A stretch of 64,000 nt of DNA, from NCBI GenBank assembly GCA_963708295.1, contig CAVPSJ010000015.1, positions 64,001-128,000 on the forward strand, read 5' to 3'. The translations under genes and the position numbers were made by a program. Shown here piece after piece: positions 58,182 to 64,000 of the stretch (position 1 is its first letter; each line of letters opens with the position of its first letter). Source of the DNA: an uncultured delta proteobacterium. Its GTDB lineage: Bacteria > Desulfobacterota > BSN033 > UBA1163. Below the pieces are notes generated by a model. That model was not told where the DNA came from. It saw only the letters and a list, made by a program, of their open reading frames with translations, and did no database searches.

Positions 58182-59345
58182 CTACGGATTGACGGGTGCC
58201 ATCTGCAGCTGTGTTCCAATCGGTGATGGCTCCAAGGATGGTGCCGGCTTGGGAGGAAGGGTAAAGACAAAGTTTGACCCGTGGTCTTTTGCCTCATACC
58301 AGATCTCTCCTCCCAATTTCCGAATAACATTGTTGACAAGATAGAGACCCAGGCCCGTGCCGCCCGCTCCCCCTTCTCCGTCCCGGCTATTCACGTGACT
58401 CATCGATTTTGTGAAAAGTCTCTCCCGGTATTCCTCAGGGATGGGTTTTCCGCTGTTATAGACGTTCAACCGGTAATAAGACCCCTGATCTTCGAAACCG
58501 ATGGCGATCATTCCCTCCTTGTCGCCGTACTTGACGGCATTCCTGAGAAGATTCCTGAGGACCATCTTCAGCCAGATTCCATTCGTTTTGATGGAGATAG
58601 GTCTGTTCGACATGGCATGGAGACGATGGTCTATCATCAGGCGGCGGCCCTTCAGCTCGGAGGAGAGTTCCTTCAGGACCGGAATCAAGACCTCTTTCAT
58701 CAAATCCAAAGACTCGAGTTCTGTGTTTAAATCATCGTTTACCGAAAAGCTCCTGCCCAGATATTCTTCCGTGACCCCGATTAACCCCGAAGTTTTTGAA
58801 AAGAGTTCTTTTATTCTACCGACCACCGCCTCATCCATTTTTCCATAATAGCCGCGGCTCAACAATTTCAGGGTGGCGGACATGGAGAGGAGGGATCCTC
58901 GCACATCGTGAGACAGGGCCTTCACCATGTTCAGGATCTTCTCGTTAAGGGTAAAGTCGAATGATCCGGGTGGCGGGTCCTCTCGAGTCTCCATCTTTTC
59001 AATGCAATGGGAGACCCGCATTTCCATCTCCGCCAATCCGAAGGGTGTAAACAGGTAGTCATCCGCAGAAGACCGAATGGCGTGGATCGTGGGGATTGAT
59101 CTGCTGCTGGTGGCCAGTATGAGAATGGCCAGGATTCCCGGGTTCGACTCTTTGGCCGTCTCCAAAACAGTCAAAAGATCGGTGACCACCAAGTCGAAAT
59201 TACGGGTCCGTATCCTCTCCATGGCGGATTCATCCTTTGTTTCTGCGGTGACTCGATAGCCCTTTTCCTCGAGGGCTGATTGGATCACCCTCCGTCCGTG
59301 TGAACCTTCTTCTGCAAGCGCAAGCAATATCTCAACCTTTTTCAT
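58182..59345 (-). CDS. Hybrid receiver-histidine kinase
   Basis: Degenerate REC (FDLVVTDL, ADDYLFTPF), LSHDVRGSL, NLLRNAVKY, GTGLGL. Confidence 0.85.
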   Translation of the reverse strand: MKKVEILLALAEEGSHGRRVIQSALEEKGYRVTAETKDESAMERIRTRNFDLVVTDLLTVLETAKESNPGILAILILATSSRSIPTIHAIRSSADDYLFTPFGLAEMEMRVSHCIEKMETREDPPPGSFDFTLNEKILNMVKALSHDVRGSLLSMSATLKLLSRGYYGKMDEAVVGRIKELFSKTSGLIGVTEEYLGRSFSVNDDLNTELESLDLMKEVLIPVLKELSSELKGRRLMIDHRLHAMSNRPISIKTNGIWLKMVLRNLLRNAVKYGDKEGMIAIGFEDQGSYYRLNVYNSGKPIPEEYRERLFTKSMSHVNSRDGEGGAGGTGLGLYLVNNVIRKLGGEIWYEAKDHGSNFVFTLPPKPAPSLEPSPIGTQLQMAPVNP

Positions 59346-59349
59346 GAGT

Positions 59350-60396
59350 TCACCTCCTTGCAGTGACCGGAACGTGCCCCATCCCGTCGAGGCAAGATAG
59401 GCGGGGAGAGGGGAACATTTCAGAGATTCCTGCGTTTTGGTGAATGACGCCTTCCGGATTCGCCTCATTCATCTTTTCCCTCCTAAGCTCATGACCAGCG
59501 ATATCTTTGTAAACGAGTTCATCCGTCTCGAGGTCATATTCTGGAATAGAAGGATTGTTCCACTTTCCTAGGAAATATTGATAAAAAGGGAAGTAAAGAC
59601 TGCCGATATTCGGGTCGTGCTTAAACACGTATCTTGGCATCCTTTGAACATCCAAACCCGGTTGATAATGCTGGAGCCAGATGAAGTCGCCCAGGATCGT
59701 CATTTTCAGGAAAGGGGGATCGGGATAGAGTTTGAGTCTGACATTCTTCTGGGCACCCTTAAGGATCTTGAGAAAGTCAATGCTCCTTCTGATCTGCTCT
59801 CCAAAAGTCTCCGGAGTCACATCCGGGTTCGGGATCCCTTTCGCCCGCAGAATCGCTCCTTCGCTGCTCGGGTCGAGCAGCATAATTTTTGCCTTCCGGC
59901 AATTCCGGATGACCTGGTGAAGTTCTCCATTTGGGTCGACAAAGGTACGAAAACCCGTCGAGCTGATGACCATGACGTCCCTTGCGATCCCTTGGCTTTC
60001 CTTCAATTTCTTGATTCTTCTCTTTGCAAAGAATCCCTTGGCAGGGGTGACAAACACCATGCCGGCAACCCTTGCCATATTGGAAAGTTTTCGATCCTTC
60101 CAGCTTTTGCGGAGGTGAGCGAAGAATAGGATAATGCATACGGTTAAAATGATTTCCACGGATAAGAAGAATATCTTATCGTTCCCTATCCGGGACCAGT
60201 AGAGGAGAAACTCTCTCGCCACAAATCTGATCACGAAGGGTAAGGAGAGGGCAAGGGCAGCGCTGAAGCCCACCATCACCATGTGATGGAGCACATAGGA
60301 AGAGCCCTTTATAAAATCATCGAAGAATCTCTTTTTGATCAAAATGACCTCTTGTGGCAAAGGGCGCACCCTTTCGTACCGTATTCTCAGTGACAC
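59350..60396 (-). CDS. Hypothetical protein, 2 TM plus soluble alpha/beta domain
   Basis: Long ORF within the operon; STGFRTF, IMLLDP, LKLY..PP motifs; start uncertain. Confidence 0.7.
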   Translation of the reverse strand: MSLRIRYERVRPLPQEVILIKKRFFDDFIKGSSYVLHHMVMVGFSAALALSLPFVIRFVAREFLLYWSRIGNDKIFFLSVEIILTVCIILFFAHLRKSWKDRKLSNMARVAGMVFVTPAKGFFAKRRIKKLKESQGIARDVMVISSTGFRTFVDPNGELHQVIRNCRKAKIMLLDPSSEGAILRAKGIPNPDVTPETFGEQIRRSIDFLKILKGAQKNVRLKLYPDPPFLKMTILGDFIWLQHYQPGLDVQRMPRYVFKHDPNIGSLYFPFYQYFLGKWNNPSIPEYDLETDELVYKDIAGHELRREKMNEANPEGVIHQNAGISEMFPSPRLSCLDGMGHVPVTARR

Positions 60397-60409
60397 ATCC
60401 GGAAAATGT

Positions 60410-60769
60410 TTAAATCAGAGTAATTAATGCCGTCATCAACAAGAAAGCAATTTCGGAACCCGTGGTGTTTCCCTCCTTCGTGACCCGATCAGAAAGGGAA
60501 GCGATCAATCGGATCTGTCTATGATCCAGGGTCAATAGTTTATCCTTTGTTCTTTCGAGTAATTGTCGGTCTTCCATCCTGCTTTCCAAAGCTGAAAGGA
60601 TCTGAGATATGTCGGCCGAAAAGCTCAGCCGATAAGGGATCCCGGGATCGGAATCGGGTTTTGCGGTTTTGGCAAGGGTTGCCGTGGGGAGAAAGATGAG
60701 ACTTTGAGCGAGGACAAGCCCTGCCGCGACCGATTTTACGAATCTCTTTGCCTTTATTTTCATGTTCAC
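60410..60769 (-). CDS. Hypothetical secreted/membrane protein
   Basis: Signal peptide and hydrophobic C-terminus. Confidence 0.65.
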   Translation of the reverse strand: MNMKIKAKRFVKSVAAGLVLAQSLIFLPTATLAKTAKPDSDPGIPYRLSFSADISQILSALESRMEDRQLLERTKDKLLTLDHRQIRLIASLSDRVTKEGNTTGSEIAFLLMTALITLI

Positions 60770-60781
60770 TCTGTCTCTTGT

Positions 60782-61135
60782 TTAGGATCGAGAAACAAGG
60801 CTGATCAATTCATTCTTGGAAAAGGGCTTTTCCAGAACCCCTGCATGATACTTTTTCTTTTCCTCTTCCAGGGGTGACACGTACTGGCCAACATCGCCGC
60901 TCATATAGATTGTCCGGACACCCGGGTTATGACACCTTATTTCCTTTATCAGCTCCAAACCGTTCTTCTCAGGCATTTGAATATCCGTGAGGACGAGGTC
61001 GGGGTTAAACAAAAGATACGTGGAATATCCATCGTTCCCATTCTTGGCTGATTTTACCTCATACCCTTCATCCTCCAGCATCCACTTGATGAGGAAAAGC
61101 AAATCCTGATTATCGTCTACTATCAATATTTTCAT
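60782..61135 (-). CDS. Single-domain response regulator
   Basis: MKILIVDD, PDLVLTDIQMP, YMSG, EKPF. Confidence 0.9.
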   Translation of the reverse strand: MKILIVDDNQDLLFLIKWMLEDEGYEVKSAKNGNDGYSTYLLFNPDLVLTDIQMPEKNGLELIKEIRCHNPGVRTIYMSGDVGQYVSPLEEEKKKYHAGVLEKPFSKNELISLVSRS

Positions 61136-61188
61136 CTTCCTTCCCCCTTTCTTTGTGAGTTAAGATCAAGCATCTGGTAGGGATTAAA

Positions 61189-61204
61189 AGCAAAGGGGGT
61201 GCCA
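61189..61204 (-). promoter_or_regulatory. Sigma54 (-24/-12) promoter
   Basis: Minus strand TGGCAC-CCCCT-TTGCT, exact consensus, 54 nt upstream of ATG 61135. Confidence 0.85.
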
Positions 61205-61280
61205 AGTCTAAAGATAGGGATTATCCTATTGAATTTAAATGGTTTTTGTCGATTGCAGGTTCTTTTGTGATTGTCTTGTT

Positions 61281-61331
61281 TGAAGGGATATTCCTACAGG
61301 AAGGCCTCTACGTAGTAGGTAATTCCCTACG
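61281..61331. promoter_or_regulatory. Probable enhancer (UAS) pair for the sigma54 activator
   Basis: Two related imperfect palindromes GAAGGGATATTCCTAC and GTAGGTAATTCCCTAC about 80-130 bp upstream of the promoter. Confidence 0.55.
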
Positions 61332-61354
61332 TTTCTGGAGTCGGGAAGTTCACT

Positions 61355-62722
61355 TCACGAGGGTTTCTTGAAATCTTCGCTTTTCAGGCGATGTTTTTTG
61401 AGGAGATCATAGAAATCGGCGCGATACTTTCCTGCAAGCTTCGCGGCCTTGGTGACATTTCCTTCGCAGATATCGAGAAGGTGGATCAGGTACCCTTTCT
61501 CGTAAGCATCTCTGGCCTCTTTTAGCGGCTTTAACGGTTCTCCAGGCATGGCTCCTTTGGTTTGGAGGATAAAGGCTTCTGTAATTAAATTCTGCTGGGT
61601 CATGACGACTGCGTACTCCACCGTGTTTTCTAATTCTCGGACATTCCCCGGCCAGTCATAGAGCATCAGTTTTTGCATCGCCTGAGGCATAAGACCCGTG
61701 ACCTCTTTCTTCATCTGCTGGCTGAATTTCTGAAGGAAATGTTCTACCAACGGGGGAATGTCTTCCTTTCTTTCTCTCAGGGGGGGAAGTTGTATAGGAA
61801 TCACGTGAATCCTGTAGAAAAGGTCTTCGCGGAAGAGACCTTGCTTGACGAGACTTTCGAGGTCCTTTTGGGTGGCGACGATCACCCTCACATCGACGTC
61901 CACGGGTTTTTCGCCGCCGATGGGATAGAATTGTCGCTCCTGGAGGGCCCTCAAAAGTTTGGCCTGAATGGAAAGCGGCATGTCTCCGATTTCATCCAAG
62001 AAGAGGGTTCCGCCGTGGGCCTGGGTGAACAAACCTTTTGTACTTCGAACCGCTCCCGTAAAGGCTCCCTTCTCATGACCGAACAGTTCGCTCTCCAGCA
62101 GGGCTTCGGGGAGGGCGGCGCAGTTGATGGCGATAAAGGGTCTGTCCTTCCTCTCGCTGGCGAGATGAATGGCTTTGGCAATGAGTTCTTTCCCGGTTCC
62201 GCTTTCCCCGTGGATATAAACCGTTGATTCCGTTTTGGCAATCTGGGAGACCATCTCCAGAACCCTCTTCATCTTCTCGCTTCGGGTGACAATGTTTACA
62301 AAATCGTATCTTTCCTCCAACAGCCCTTTCAGCCTGTTAATCTCAACGTTGAGCCTTTGATTCTCGAGGGCCCTGTCGATTTGGAGAAGGAGATGCTGGG
62401 GCTCAAAGGGTTTGGTCAGATAGCCGTAGGCTCCCCTTTTCATGGCCTCCACAGCACTTTCGATGCTTCCGTAGGCTGTGAGGATGACCACAGGCATCTC
62501 CGGGAGGATCAGGTGAAGCTCTTCCATCAGAGAGATCCCGTCCTGACGGACAAGCTGCAGGTCAACCACCGACAGGTCAAAGATATGGCTTTTGACAGCT
62601 TCGACGGCATCCTCTTCCTTGAGTGCGGTGGTTACCTCATAATCTGCCGACTCCAGCCGCATCTTTACAAGCTCCAGGAGATTTCTATCATCGTCGACCA
62701 CCAAGATTTTTCCTTTAGACAT
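61355..62722 (-). CDS. Sigma54-dependent response regulator (NtrC/GlrR-like)
   Basis: REC domain, [41 protein letters not shown]-terminal HTH. Confidence 0.95.
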   Translation of the reverse strand: MSKGKILVVDDDRNLLELVKMRLESADYEVTTALKEEDAVEAVKSHIFDLSVVDLQLVRQDGISLMEELHLILPEMPVVILTAYGSIESAVEAMKRGAYGYLTKPFEPQHLLLQIDRALENQRLNVEINRLKGLLEERYDFVNIVTRSEKMKRVLEMVSQIAKTESTVYIHGESGTGKELIAKAIHLASERKDRPFIAINCAALPEALLESELFGHEKGAFTGAVRSTKGLFTQAHGGTLFLDEIGDMPLSIQAKLLRALQERQFYPIGGEKPVDVDVRVIVATQKDLESLVKQGLFREDLFYRIHVIPIQLPPLRERKEDIPPLVEHFLQKFSQQMKKEVTGLMPQAMQKLMLYDWPGNVRELENTVEYAVVMTQQNLITEAFILQTKGAMPGEPLKPLKEARDAYEKGYLIHLLDICEGNVTKAAKLAGKYRADFYDLLKKHRLKSEDFKKPS

Positions 62723-62770
62723 CGTTCCTCTTCTCTCGCTTTCTTTCTTGCGAAGTGCCGGAGCACACTT

Positions 62771-63631
62771 TCATTTTGTTTTCTCTCTCTTCTTTTCCTC
62801 GATCTCAATGTCCACCTGCTTCGATTTTTCAATCACCAGGCTGAGCTCCTCAATCGAGCGACTCAGTTTCTCATTTTCTTGAAGCACCCCGACCCAAGTT
62901 TTGGCTTGCTCGGCCCAGGGGCTTCCCGGGTGATCCTTGATCAGCCTTTTAAAAAAAGCGAGAGACTTTCCGTAATCCTTCTTTGTATTCCCCGGGTGAG
63001 CAAGGATCAGTCCCATGTTAAAAAGGGCCCCATCCCCCGGAGGATTCTGGCCGGAGACGGACAGGATCCTTTGGTTTTCCTTCAAAGCCCCTTCGTAATT
63101 TCCCTCAGACAGAAGCTCTTCAGAAAGGAGGAAAGGTTCGCGTGTTTGTTCCCATTCTTCAACCCTCCTGCCTAATTGTCTTGATTCTGCGTTCATTCGG
63201 TCGAGTGTTTCAACGGTCTGGTTTAACTTCTCGTTCTCCTGAAGGATTTTTACCCAGATCTTGGCTCCTTCGCTCCAGGAGCTTTGAGGAAAATCCTTCA
63301 AGAGTTTGTCGAAAAAGAAGATGGACTTCTTATAATCCTTCTTCGGATATCCAGGATGGGCATAGATCCACGCCATGTTGAAAAGGGCCTCATCCTCCGG
63401 AGGTCTGTGAATGGAAAGGGACAGGATTTTCAGGTGTTCGTGAATGGCGCCTTCGTAGTTTCCCTGAGCAAGAAGTGCTTTGCCGCTGCGGAGATATCGT
63501 CTGGCCTCCACCCCTTCCTTTATTTCAACCCTCATCTTCTCCAGAGGAGCACACCCCTGGAGGGCCAGGACAATCAGACCGGCAACACAAAAATAAATGA
63601 GGCTCCTTGCCCCGGTTCGCTCTCTGCCCAT
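62771..63631 (-). CDS. TPR lipoprotein with two repeated units (QseG-like position)
   Basis: Lipobox LQGC; duplicated GNYEGA...ALFNM..I.AHPG..KKDY.KS..FF. Confidence 0.8.
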   Translation of the reverse strand: MGRERTGARSLIYFCVAGLIVLALQGCAPLEKMRVEIKEGVEARRYLRSGKALLAQGNYEGAIHEHLKILSLSIHRPPEDEALFNMAWIYAHPGYPKKDYKKSIFFFDKLLKDFPQSSWSEGAKIWVKILQENEKLNQTVETLDRMNAESRQLGRRVEEWEQTREPFLLSEELLSEGNYEGALKENQRILSVSGQNPPGDGALFNMGLILAHPGNTKKDYGKSLAFFKRLIKDHPGSPWAEQAKTWVGVLQENEKLSRSIEELSLVIEKSKQVDIEIEEKKREKTK

Positions 63632-64000
63632 ACTCTGCCTCCGTGAGCATCAATCACATGCTTGACAATAGCCAGCCCCAAACCGGTCCCCTGGATGCGA
63701 TTCGAATGTCTGAAGGGCGCCTGACGAAACTTCTCAAAGATGGTGGTCAGATTTTCTTTTTTTATGCCTGGACCGGTATCCGACACCGAGATTTCTATCT
63801 CTCGATTCATGAGCCGGGCGACGACCCTCACCTGCCCCCCCTCCGGCGTGAATTTCACGGCGTTTCCGATCAGATTTCTTAGCACCTGCAGGATTCTCTC
63901 GCGATCGACCTTGATCATGGGCAGCTTCGCTTCAACCTCTTTCCTGAAGGCGATCTTCCTGGCCTCGACCAGGGGGATCATCTCCGTGGCTGCCCTTTCA
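63574..64000 (-). CDS. Sensor histidine kinase, C-terminal part (5' end outside window)
   Basis: QVLRNLIGNAVKFT, DTGPGI, IFEKF, GTGLGLAI, HGGRVWAES. Confidence 0.9.
   Translation of the reverse strand, partial: ERAATEMIPLVEARKIAFRKEVEAKLPMIKVDRERILQVLRNLIGNAVKFTPEGGQVRVVARLMNREIEISVSDTGPGIKKENLTTIFEKFRQAPFRHSNRIQGTGLGLAIVKHVIDAHGGRVWAESEPGQGASFIFVLPV

Overview
Bacterial chromosomal window of about 50% GC. Gene content (octaheme nitrite reductase, heme-motif sensor kinase, sigma54 circuits, Pad-type molybdoenzyme) suggests an anaerobic Desulfobacterota/deltaproteobacterium; this is inference. Main parts: (1) MscS channel, PhnD-like lipoprotein plus CxxCH sensor kinase, and a reverse-transsulfuration pair; (2) a decayed, apparently composite island downstream of tRNA-Thr(UGU) at about 12.4-21.6 kb, with repeated att-like junctions, an integrase remnant, hrpB and two toxin-antitoxin modules that both lost their toxins at one junction; (3) an octaheme nitrite reductase preceded by an unannotated 29-aa membrane peptide; (4) a TetR-ALDH-SCP2 lipid cluster, rnr and an FG-GAP repeat protein; (5) a padBCD-like operon, acyl-CoA ligase, vapBC and mutY; (6) a LipS1/LipS2-type lipoate assembly operon interrupted by a DUF559 nuclease gene flanked by 54-bp hairpin direct repeats, with related gene-less copies elsewhere; (7) a GlrK/QseG/GlrR-like sigma54 system and its likely target operon. 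Intergenic DNA holds several families of palindromic miniature elements. About 11 genes carry frameshifts without in-frame stops, which most likely reflects long-read indel errors. All family calls come from motif recognition by eye; no database search was run.
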